Of a stretch of 64,000 nucleotides of DNA, positions 24,201-35,017 are shown piece by piece. Numbering within the stretch: the first letter of the stretch is position 1; each line of letters starts with the position of its first letter. The DNA is from Tubiluchus corallicola (lineage: Eukaryota; Animalia; Priapulida). A program made the position numbers and the translations under genes. The DNA is taken from positions 496,001 to 560,000 of the forward strand of contig JAQGDQ010000116.1 of NCBI GenBank assembly GCA_030141605.1, given 5' to 3'. A model generated the notes under the pieces. The model was not told where the DNA came from and searched no databases. It saw only the letters and a program-made list of their open reading frames with translations.

Positions 24201-27200
24201 CGTGATCAAAATCACTGTAATAACAAGTCGTTTACGTTACCACCTGTTTATGATAAAACATATTTATATATGACAAAACCACAGATAGCCATTTATAAAA
24301 AAAAACTGAACCAGCAAGACTGGTGGTAGTACCTTGTAGCTACTATCTATTTCATAATAAAATGTCACTCATTTCTGTCTGCTTTCACTTATTGAAGTAA
24401 TTTGACTGGCTAACCTGAATTATTAGTGGCTTTAGAACGTATACTGCACATTCAGATTAGAGAGTTCTCTCGCAAATTATTCTCTCACAAGCCGTTCACA
24501 CTTGTAAGCTTACTGTCAGAGAGAACTTGCGAGAGAAAATTTTCTAGTCTGAGTGCGCAATAATATGAGGATAACTTTCATTTAAATTTGCCTTATTTTG
24601 TTTTTGCTTGGTCCCATGATTTAATTTTGTTCCTGCTTTGTGCTTACTGATATAGCATTAAGATTTCCAGAGTGAAGGTTGCACCTTTGCTTATTGAATT
24701 ACCGTTGTAAAAAAACGAACACATAGTGGGCCAGCAGCAATAAAAGATGTTTACTAGAGGCAAAATCCTTTACAAAGGAATATTGTGGCACAAGCTGTAT
24801 GCTGGACGACAACAATTACTTCGTACAAGAGAAAAAAATGATTATCACAAAAAATACATAAAGGAGTATAGATAACTCTTTACACAATTACATCTACATT
24901 TTGTATAGTGTTATACAATAAAGGATTCCTAGTGTGAATGACTGATTCCAGAAAACCTACAATAATTTTGCATAATTTGATATTGTAACTCAATTATGAG
25001 GACAAATTTATCATAGTCGTTTTGTTGGCAGAGAACGCAGGGAACCGATTTTTAGTATTATTAAAGTTTTAGCTTATCATCCTGATAATATGGACCTTTC
25101 ATGACTAAGTGCATTTCATTTTCAATTTAGTTTAGGTGACAGTTATTACAAATTCACTCACACACAGGTATTTTATAAGCAATATGATATCATTGAAGGT
25201 ATCACATAATACCAATTGAAATTTGGGATTTTGCACCTATTACAATGATGCAGTCACAAGTGAAATTTAACAAACTTTATTTAAACCAGATCTGTAATCT
25301 TCGTCTTAGATTTAGAGGGTTACTCTTGCAAGTTCTGGTCTTGCCACAGTCACCAACAAAATAAACAAGCCAGATCTCAGGGTGCTGGATGCTGCCTAAC
25401 TGTAATAAATATCAATTTGTTTTGCATCGGTGCATGTTATTCCTGTAAATTAACTTTTCACAAATAGTTTAGCACATTCTATTCCGTTTTGCAATATAGT
25501 TACATTCTGTGATATTCTAACAAGCTGTTTGTATGTTGGCTTTGTGATAATACAAGGGAAACAATACCATTGCTGTAAAATTTAAAAACATCGTTTAGCG
25601 AACTTTATTTCTAAAATGTAATATATTTTTCAGTAAGGATTTTTTCTCTAGTTGTTGTTGCTATCATAGCAACTCTCTTAACATTGCCTGAAACACATTA
25701 CATCACCTAACATCAGGCTTCCAAAAAATTGCCTTTTAACAACCTACGAAGCTATTTTTACTGTGATTGGCTTCATTGTTTGTTTTACTTGCAGCTCATA
25801 AATTGCCTGAAACTACCTAAAAAAATACACCTTTCATCGTGCAGCTTAGTGCAACCTTCTGCTGTAGCCATCAGTTGCAAGACTACCAAAGAATATAGAT
25901 GATCATAGATATGATCATGAATTTTGCTTGAACAAAGGCTTAATGTTGGCAGCTAGGCTGTATGGTTTTCAAGATGAACATTTTTGCAGGCTGTACAACT
26001 TGGGTGGCTGGCTTCTCTGGGTATTTAATGATCTACCTCTGCAATGTTTTTGCTGGGAATGTCTCTTTCTGAAAATCAATAGGAAGCATCAAGACATGTC
26101 ACCAGTGTAAATAGACCAGCTTGGTCATGCGGTGGTCTACGTGGCATTTTAAAAACAACAGACTGCCCTACGTTAAGAAATAAATTATGTCTTACTTTTT
26201 ATTGCTCTGTAGCTTTTTATATTTGTTATTTTAATTTATATAGATGATTCATAACAGTACGTGGTTGCACTTGTAACATGCGTCCAGCAATTTTCTTTCT
26301 GTCGAATATATTGCTTTTTACTTATCAACACTTTAAAATAGCAAAAAAGAACAAAAGGTTTTGATACATGGTTGGTTGTTAAGCTTTTCAGTATTACCGA
26401 TACATTTGTTTTTTATTTATAGGAACTTGTCACCAGCCGATGCTGATTTCATGTTGTTAGACATAGCCAGGAAAACTGAACTTTATGGGATAAAAATGCA
26501 TAAAGCAAAGGTGACTTAAGAATGTAAACTGTATTTATATTTATACTTGAAGATTTGAAAATACCCCTTGCCTACTTGCATTTCAGTCATCATTGTCATT
26601 GATGAAATGTAATGGTATCATTATGTATCTAGGTAGGGCTGTGCAGTTAAATAAGTAACATCAGCATTTATGAATTTAAAACCTTTGAGTTAGTGAAATT
26701 AAAAACAACAAACATTAAGTCAATTTGCTCATAAGACTAACAGGTGCTTATATTACACTGATAATTAACTTTATATAATTTAATTTAATTTGTTGAACCA
26801 CCACACAAAGACATTTGACAAAACAAAAAACAGAGCTGATTTTTTTCAAAACATATAAAAGACAGCATACGTACTGGAGACAAAGTCCCACTATAACGGG
26901 AATATATAAGGTATGCCAGAAGAACATACTACAACATTATATGCTTGATGATTTATAATGTTGTTCAGTTTTTTCAAATTCATAGTAATTGTTCCAAGCA
27001 TTAAAAGAACTTGACATTGCAAAATCTCTGTAGGTTAAGTTTGAAATACCATATTACCATCTTCATTTCTCATTTAATTTTGTGTAGGACCATGAAGGTG
27101 TGTCATTATGCCTAGCAGTAGCACATTATGGAATTACCGTCTTTCAACATTATACCAAAATAAACACATTCTCATGGGCCAAAGTGAGAAAGTTATCTTT

Positions 27201-30200
27201 TAAAAGGAAGAGGTTCTTGATCAAGCTGCATCCAGAAGGACATGTAAGTATGCAGTGGGATTGGAATGTACATGTTGTAGATATTTCAGTTTATGTTTTG
27301 TCGTCATCGTTGTCGAGATTCTCGTGCTGCTGATGTTATTAGATCGACCAAAGTTGAAATAACTTCAGCACATAAGTTTAATAGCCAAACTAGGCATGGT
27401 ACACCTAAAGAATGTCAGTCTAACCCAGGATCACGATGGAGCTCAAAGGTGATCACGATAAGGTGTTAATTTGCCATAAAGCTCTGGACATGGAAAAATC
27501 TGTCAATTGTCTAGAAACTGTTTAAACGAGTGTTTCCTTGTACTGGCTGCACTACTCGACCTCTGTATAACTAATTTATGCTTCCCATCTTTATGTCAAT
27601 TATACTACACATGAAGGCAATTAATGGTGAAAATGCAGCTGTCTCAAATACTGTATAAGCACTTATGGTTCTAGAGCAGTAAATTCCTTTTTGTTGGGAA
27701 CATGTTCTTTTTTCGATGTGGAATGAGGCTCTTCTCATTTAACACTGTGTGAATAGATTGACCCCGACATACTCAAGAAAGCTTTTCATAAGGGCCATTA
27801 GATTGTAATTTCTTTTTGAACTACAGTGCTCTTTTATGTGTGGGCATTTCTCAAGGTCTTGTAATACCTGTATTCTGTTCCTATTGTTCATCTGTTAGAC
27901 TTTAGACAAACCTTACTATCTCTGCTGTAATAGTTCTCTTTATAACTGTACTTAATCATAATGCTCCACTGGAGCACATGGTTAAAATGCTTATTGAACC
28001 AGGCTAGTATTCTTTGCACACCATATGCATGTAAATCATTCATGTTTTTATCAGGGTGTTTGTTAATTTGTTTGCCTTGACCAAAAAACAATCAAAATAA
28101 ATGGGGATGCCTGTGTTGCACTCAAAAATGTTTAACTCTTCATGCTATGGGCTACTTTATTTTTATGATGTTATATTCTTTAATTAACTGGCTTACCTTT
28201 CAATGGAATACTGTTCACAAGTTGACCTTGTGCATCAGCTTGGCACCTTAACCGACTTGATAATTCCGCTAGTCAGGTGTGATTTGGGTCAAACATGTAA
28301 TTACTTTCTCTGGCCTCATATCTTAATAACTTCTATACTAGCAGCTACAAAATGTTACAGGTTACAGTGCACAAAGTCCTAGGGCTTTCTTGTTCTTTCT
28401 AAATATTATAAGGTGCTAAATCAAATTTTCATGACTAGTGTAATGTATTTTAATCTTGTCATTTAAAAGAGTTATAGTTGTTTCTATCGTGGCTTCTGCT
28501 TTATGCACAGCTTTTTGCACTAACTACATAAGCTCTTGACTGGCTAACACAGATTGGCTAAAACAAATGTTTTACTTTTTTGATAATCTTTAGTAAGCAT
28601 GAAAGTCATATAGAAAAAGGTCTCGTCTAGCAAAATACGAAACTAGCTACTTTTCTGTACCTGGCTGGTTTATAGTGGCAGTGGCAGTTTAAGGCACTAA
28701 TATATGACATACATAATTGTAATTCGAAATGAATGCACTAATTTTTGAACTACATAATTGTAATTCGAAATGTGCATTTCTAATTACAGCACATCAGTCA
28801 CAAATTCACGCTTCAGGAATGTGTTTGTTAATAAATATTTTTGTAAAGTACTTATACATGTTTGGAGTGTGGATATTCTAATATCATAATAACTTCTTGC
28901 CATTGATGTAAACTACTTAAATTATGGAGAATGTACTTTTTTGTTAACCACAACCTTTCAAACAAGTAATAGGGTTGCTACCTGACAACTTAGCGAACTT
29001 TTTGCAAAGTTTTCTAAGGCACTGTGAAATTGTGAATTTTCCCTTCAAAGCAGCCTATTTGAACATTTATTGGCATTGTTCCCTTTAAGTTTTATAGCAG
29101 CTGCTTAGACTTTTTATGCATTTGAGTTTTGTTATTGTAAATAACAGCACCATGTTTACTACTCAATGTATGCATTTTGTAAAGCTTAAAGTTGTTTTGC
29201 TTTTGTGACATGGCTTTGCTTACTGTGCTACTAATGCTTTTGCTTTTGTCTAATTATTGGTATTGTGGATTATATTTCCCAGTTATATTATAAGGACACA
29301 GTCGACTTCTACTTCGAGGATCGCAACAAATGCAAAAATTTCTGGAAGAAGTGTGTGGAGCATCATGCTTTTTTCCGCTGTGCTAGCATCAAAAAGCCTC
29401 CACAGAAAAAGGCAAAGATCTTTAGTAAAGGTTCTTCATTCAGGTACAAAAACATTATTCCGGTCTAGTTCTTCAGAAATTATTGTCACTCAAGCATTTA
29501 GCGTATACTTAAGATTGTTAATGTAATATTTATGTATAGTTAATGGTATAGTCAGTGTATTGTTTTTTAGTAATATTAATGTAAACACTAAGTAGCCTAT
29601 TTGAAAAATTGGCAATGTTTAATGCAGTTCGTTACATCTATTAAGTTACACAAACTTTGAAAGAAAATTAAGCACGTTTCATAAATTTGAAAATTGACTG
29701 TTTGTTGTGAGCAGAGCAGCACTTTAACACTGGTACTGTGACACTTTTAGTCAAGCATAGGTTATGTCTGCATGGTCTTAGACTCACTTTTTGGAAGTGC
29801 TCACTTAGTCAGCATGGGCATCATTTTTATGCCATGCTTAGCCAGTTTTCAGAAGCCTCCATGCGCAGTATGAAGGATGATTAAATAATCTATCCAGTAA
29901 CTTATCTGCCCTCTTACTTCAGTGTTACTTCATTCGTCTAGGGATCTGAACAATATTCTTTGTGTGGAACTTAATAGAAACTAATCTTGCTTAGCAAACA
30001 CAAAAACTAATCTTGTTATAAATGGATCTCCCGAATTTGCTAAATGAAACTGAATGAATCATCAAAAAGTGAAATTGGTTTGAGTTTACTCCCAAAGTAC
30101 TTTTTATTTTGGAGACAAATACTTAGTAGTCAAGTGTATAAGCATTATTATTTTATATTGACGGTCTATAAATATAAAAGTATTTGGCAGGTATGGTGGT

Positions 30201-33200
30201 CGAACTCAGAAGGAAATGGTGGATGATGTGCGAGTATGCCATGTAAGAAGACAGCAGTTACATAGGTAAGAAGACTGTGTTAAATTGAGATTGTATTAGA
30301 TAGAGGAAAAGTTAAATTTACATTGGATTTGAAGAGCTTTTGATTGTTGTTAGTTATTTGAAAATTAATAATCATTTGCTTTTGCGTGTAGAAAAGTAAT
30401 TATGTATTTTGCAATAAGTCTTAATTATGTTGGGTGGTAAAAAACAAAAACTTTTCATTCAGTTGTAGGCATTTGTAACTTGCACAAAGCTTACAGTGTT
30501 ATAAAAATTAGTTTGTGTGTCCAAGGGGACTAACTCGGCTGATTGGGATAAACATTGTTGTGTACTAGTAAGAAAGCTGCTGAAACTTTTCATTCAGTTA
30601 AATGTTTCACTTTTGGCAACTATTAGCAAACTGAATAAGCTCCAAAGCTGGGAAGTAGGCTACTAAGTTATTTAGAACATGCTGCCTTGCAGTTCTTGTG
30701 GCACATACATAATGCTTGTAGATTTCGTATATTAGCACTCTTGGTTTCTTTTTTCGAAAATCAATATTTGTAGCGAGTGCACTATAATCCTGCAATCTAT
30801 GAGAAGACTTGTTATTCTGAACCACGTTTGTGAATTTAGAACTGTGTGTGCATGAGTGCTTATTTGTGGAGTGTGCTTATATCCACATGCATGTGCATGG
30901 CCTTCACTAATACATACCAAAATTTTTTGTTCCTCAGATGTACAAGTGTTTTTGCTTTGGATCAAATAAAATTCTATATAAATTCTGATGTTTTTTATTA
31001 ATTTTAAAGCTTTTTTTTATAAATTTCGTAGATATTTGATAGATCTCATTGCATAAATTTTAGGTCACTTAGTGGCAGAATATCGACAAGAAGTCTTGTC
31101 AACTTAGGTACTATGTCTTCATCGACTCCAGCCATGAATTCAGCATTTAGTGAACCAAAAATGGTCAGAACAACTTCTGATACTAGTGGTTCACATCATC
31201 TGGCCACAGAACGATCAGATGATGTCTGTAGTGTGCAAAGTGAGCATGAAGAGGTTAGTAATATGAGCATTTATTTGGCATATTGAGTTTGTTCAAAACT
31301 ACTCTTTAATAATTCACAAATTTTGCTATGTTTTAAGTTTTATGCATACTTAATGAAAATATCAAGCTAAATGTTTAAAATGCTCTTTTAAAGATTTCGT
31401 ACTAGTTATAGTCCTATTTTGTTTTTGTTAAAGATGTTTAAAATTGTTCTTAGAACTTCAAATTAAAGTCATCATTTTGTAAAATTAAAACTTCCCTAGC
31501 CTGGCTTTCTGCATGAGCAACTTATGTATCCTTTTTATAGGACAATTACTAATGCAAAATAAGTGAGTACTATAATGGCAAAAGGATATAATTTAAATAC
31601 ATGAACTAATAAAAAATTAAATGCTTGTTTGTTGACAAGTCTAAAGCTTGTATCAACGTTTTGTACAATCATGCTATCAGGCTACATAATTTGTACTTTT
31701 TAACAGTCACTAAGCAAACCAAGTGTTCATAGAGCTTTTTATTAAATTTTCAGTTGCCCGACGACAATGCTAGTCCAGTACACAAGCCAGCACGAAAGAT
31801 TTCACCACCGCCACCAGTTCCGGAGCACAAGAATCAAATCGTTGTTGAAACTCACATGATTACTGATGAAGATGATTTTCCTCCTGCTTATCCAGGCTTA
31901 CCGGTTGATGTCTGTCCTACCACAGTTCAGGTTAATCATATTGATCAAGCTCAATCAGTTAGTCTCACAGTTAATCATATAAACGGATCGGCTTCATGTG
32001 AAGCTTCATGTGACCTTGACGTATCCGAACCCGTGGCTGTGGATAAAGAACGTGTAAGTGAAGGAGAGCTGACCGATGACGAACATGGCTTAGAGCAGGC
32101 TCAAGCTGGCCTGCGTCTTGTTGAAGCAGGTCTAGCTCAAGTTGAAACTGGTTTGATGTTAGTGCAACATGGACTAAAGAAAGAAAATTTGCCAGTTGAA
32201 GGAGATATGTCTGCGGCACTTTTTCTTGAAGACAACATGAGTGGTTCTGAACGAGGCAGCCCCGAGTTACTGAATGGGAGAGAATTTGAAGAAGATGCAT
32301 TAGAAAATAATCTGGAAGAAATTTCAAATGCTGGCTCATTTGATAATGATTTTGAGGGCCTTTCTGATTATGATATGGTGCCCACTTATGAGCCTGGTTT
32401 TGATGTCATTCCTGGTGACGATGATGATGATGATGTGTCTCACGATTCCTATCATTTACGCGAGAATGAGGTACGGCATCAGGAGCTACGTGACAAGGAG
32501 CTTGAAGCAGTTATTAATGAAGAAATTAGAGCTATGGTTTCAGAACAAATAACTGCAAATCAAGATTCAGGTTCACTTGATGCAAACAGCGTCTCAAAAA
32601 GTTCAAGTGAAACTGAAATTTTAAAAGAACCATATGACAGGGATGTTCAGATTGTACTTGATATAGATGAACCATACAATCGAGAAGTAGAATTTGTTGC
32701 CACACCACCTGAGGAAATCAAACCACTACCAGAAGTGAAACTAGCTGAAGAAATTCCTCCACGAAAACCCATTCCACCTGCTAAATCCATGCCCATTTCT
32801 TACAAGAAGCCTCCAGTTCCACCTTCATCTATGATCAGTGATCATAGAGATGGCTTGACTAAATCTTTTTCTGAAAGAAGGGATGAAATGAAGTTCAAAA
32901 AGCAAGAAGCCATTGAAGATGATGAGGAGCAAAATGGAGAAATAGAATACATACTGCATAAACGAATATTGAAAAAGGCACATACATACACGGACTCAAT
33001 GTCATTGTCATCAGATGATGTTTCTTATAATGGTCCACCTGTTGCAATAACTATGGATGTAGCAGAGCGGCAACGATCTAAGTCACTTCAAAGTACAGAT
33101 GCACGCAGGTATAACCGTTCTGGGCAGCCTCAGAAGCCACAAGTTCCTCCTAAGCCACCATCATTGCAAAAGTCTTTCACAGTTGCCAGCACTTATAAGT

Positions 33201-35017
33201 CGACTCCATCTTTGCGATCCCGTTCCCCAGTAAAATCACAAAAGCCAGTTCGTTCAGCCAGCCTTTCTCCATTTTCTAGTAGTCGAAAGAATTTAGAGTT
33301 TGTACACACGAGCAAGCTTCCCTCCCCGACGAGTTATTCCTACGTGGACGACAGTTTATCTGGCATCACTATAGAGGAAATAATCAGTGAGGCTATTCAA
33401 AAGAAAAAAGAGAAAGATCAGGCAGCAAGACCATTTACTGACAAAGAAGTGATAGTGCAAGATGGCAGCAACAATATTCAGGTTGAAAATATGCAAATTA
33501 ACGAGGTGTCCATTGTTCCAAGTAGTGTAATTGAAACAAACTTTGATGACTCAGATGAAGAACCTCAACAGGAAAATGTTGCAGATGATGCAGAGAATAT
33601 CTCCAATCTTAAAGAGATAGAAATTGATCTTACTGAATCTTCTGCAGCTAGTAAGCCAGTGGAGATGGATCATACACTGTCTGAAGAAGCTGATGCCAAA
33701 CCTTTTGTGCCCGAACTAAGCATTGAAATGAGTAGAATTTCTGAAGCTCATGCTGCTGCTGTTTTTGACATTCCTTTTATAGATGAGAGCTCTTCTTCTT
33801 CTGGTGATTCACCGGGTACTCGGAAAATTCCTCCAGATGCGACTCCAGAGCAAAAGACTGAGAATTTGGCAGGAGTTCCCCCACATGGAACCGAGGAAGT
33901 ACATGAACAGCAAATCGAAAGTTTGGTCGAAATTTCTCCAAATGGTATTTCAGAAGAACTCCATCCTGATGAAGAACAGCTTGTGAAAACAAAAGAAAAA
34001 GTTGAAAATGAAAAGTTTGATGATGATAGTCTTAAACAAACGACTTTTGAGAGTAACATCAATAGAATACCAGGAAACAGTGCAATAGAACTTTCTCCTG
34101 ACTCACCTGTTAAAATGTCAGATCAGCAAGATGATTTTGGATATTATTATTGTGATGATGATGACATGGTAGTTGTAATAGATGAATCACTATCTGAGAT
34201 TGATCTTACTGACCAAAATGTGCATCAAACAGGAAGTGAACTTCCAGAGCTAGAAAGCTATTATCCGGTGGAAAATATCAGCAGTTATGAGCCCGAGTTT
34301 AGTTTTGACATTTATCGGACTTTAGAAGAAACAACAACATTTGATACTGGTGTGAAAGAACTTGATGTGTCTGATAGTCCTGAAGATGAAAAACATTTAG
34401 AAGCTGAGAACTCTAACATTTTTCTCTATAAAGATGTTAATACTGCAAAAATATCAGATAAAGAATTTGAAAACCTTAGTGAGAGTTCTGAGGATGAGCA
34501 GGTAATAAAAACTGAAGTTAAAAAGTTATCCCATGAGACATCATTTCCGGTAACAATAGATGATGATGTCCTGTCGCCTGAAGATCAAATGGGACTTTTA
34601 GACAAAATTGATGATGCTGCAAAACGGCTTTCATTTTTATCAGAATCCTCAAGTGAACCCGACACTGTATCATCCGCAGAATTAGGTTTAAAACGACTTA
34701 GCCAGTTAAGTGCTGAAGGCACTTCCAACTTGTTTGAACAGGACTATGTTGACCTAGAACCAGCGCTTGTATGTGAAGAAGTTTCACCGACAGAGTCTTC
34801 CAAAGATAAATGCTCAACTGTTGAAGAAAATGTAAGTGCAGCAGAACGTGTTGACATCATTACCACACACATTCAGGAGCAGCTTCCTGTGGGGGACAGC
34901 AGCGGCGAGGAAGACTTGAGTATATCACAAGAGATTATCATTCGTAAAGGCCATGTGAGTAGCATACGAGCATGTTTTGAGCAAACTAAGCACCCAGGCG
35001 ATTCCAGCAATAAATAA
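5423..35017 (+). CDS. FARP: FARP/Cdep/FRMD7-family FERM + FERM-adjacent protein with a long acidic disordered tail, 11 coding exons, about 1515 aa
   Basis: Exons: 5423-5587, 9315-9419, 10586-10707, 21970-22067, 23334-23457, 26423-26510, 27088-27243, 29283-29443, 30191-30265, 31064-31253, 31754-35017. All are GT-AG with matching phases, totalling 4548 nt. Motifs: [111 protein letters not shown]. These are diagnostic of FARP1/2/FRMD7. Confidence 0.9.
5937..5953. repeat. (TA)n microsatellite
   Basis: Directly visible tatata run. Confidence 0.8.
7234..8313. mobile_element. Degenerate hAT-like non-autonomous DNA transposon
   Basis: Starts TAGTGATG and carries clusters of GATCGG-like subterminal motifs at both ends (about 7250-7360 and 8245-8313), as seen in hAT-type MITEs. 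No intact right TIR or TSD was seen. Confidence 0.35.
8826..9256. repeat. Compound (GA)n microsatellite with GAGT/GAGC variants, interrupted by (TTA)n plus about 70 bp of unique sequence
   Basis: GA runs at 8826-9088 and 9183-9256; (ATT)n at 9088-9111; unique sequence at 9112-9182. Confidence 0.97.
13504..13764. mobile_element. hAT-superfamily MITE (261 bp)
   Basis: 15-bp TIRs cagggcctatttcaa / ttgaaataggcccag (1 mismatch). Perfect 8-bp TSD atcatgca at 13496-13503 and 13765-13772. Internal inverted motifs ggggaagtgggg / ccccacttcccc. Confidence 0.9.
16880..17300. mobile_element. Old degenerate MITE-like element
   Basis: Imperfect inverted ends taggatccattggcgtg and cgtacgcctatggaccta; no clear TSD. 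Confidence 0.3.
24442..24562. mobile_element. Short palindromic MITE (about 120 bp fold-back)
   Basis: tactgcacattcagattaga pairs with tctagtctgagtgcgcaata. The internal ttctctcgcaa / ttgcgagagaa pair is a perfect inverted repeat. Confidence 0.7.
28711..28773. repeat. 21-bp direct repeat
   Basis: acataattgtaattcgaaatg occurs at 28711 and 28753. Confidence 0.75.
31754..35017 (+). CDS. Giant terminal exon of the FERM gene (1087 aa; acidic, Ser/Pro-rich, low complexity)
   Basis: Acceptor ttttcag|TTG at 31753/31754 is phase 0, matching the upstream exon. The frame stays open for 3264 nt to TAA. The peptide is D/E/S-rich with PxxP clusters ([23 protein letters not shown]). Confidence 0.88.
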   Translation: MPDDNASPVHKPARKISPPPPVPEHKNQIVVETHMITDEDDFPPAYPGLPVDVCPTTVQVNHIDQAQSVSLTVNHINGSASCEASCDLDVSEPVAVDKERVSEGELTDDEHGLEQAQAGLRLVEAGLAQVETGLMLVQHGLKKENLPVEGDMSAALFLEDNMSGSERGSPELLNGREFEEDALENNLEEISNAGSFDNDFEGLSDYDMVPTYEPGFDVIPGDDDDDDVSHDSYHLRENEVRHQELRDKELEAVINEEIRAMVSEQITANQDSGSLDANSVSKSSSETEILKEPYDRDVQIVLDIDEPYNREVEFVATPPEEIKPLPEVKLAEEIPPRKPIPPAKSMPISYKKPPVPPSSMISDHRDGLTKSFSERRDEMKFKKQEAIEDDEEQNGEIEYILHKRILKKAHTYTDSMSLSSDDVSYNGPPVAITMDVAERQRSKSLQSTDARRYNRSGQPQKPQVPPKPPSLQKSFTVASTYKSTPSLRSRSPVKSQKPVRSASLSPFSSSRKNLEFVHTSKLPSPTSYSYVDDSLSGITIEEIISEAIQKKKEKDQAARPFTDKEVIVQDGSNNIQVENMQINEVSIVPSSVIETNFDDSDEEPQQENVADDAENISNLKEIEIDLTESSAASKPVEMDHTLSEEADAKPFVPELSIEMSRISEAHAAAVFDIPFIDESSSSSGDSPGTRKIPPDATPEQKTENLAGVPPHGTEEVHEQQIESLVEISPNGISEELHPDEEQLVKTKEKVENEKFDDDSLKQTTFESNINRIPGNSAIELSPDSPVKMSDQQDDFGYYYCDDDDMVVVIDESLSEIDLTDQNVHQTGSELPELESYYPVENISSYEPEFSFDIYRTLEETTTFDTGVKELDVSDSPEDEKHLEAENSNIFLYKDVNTAKISDKEFENLSESSEDEQVIKTEVKKLSHETSFPVTIDDDVLSPEDQMGLLDKIDDAAKRLSFLSESSSEPDTVSSAELGLKRLSQLSAEGTSNLFEQDYVDLEPALVCEEVSPTESSKDKCSTVEENVSAAERVDIITTHIQEQLPVGDSSGEEDLSISQEIIIRKGHVSSIRACFEQTKHPGDSSNK

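Noticed and set aside
30338-30349. 12-nt match to the 5' end of miR-315 in a short hairpin
   Set aside because: The rest of the mature sequence diverges and the stem is only about 9 bp.
31971-34062. Several antisense and alternate-frame ORFs overlapping the giant exon
   Set aside because: Shadows of a long coding exon with no recognisable domains.
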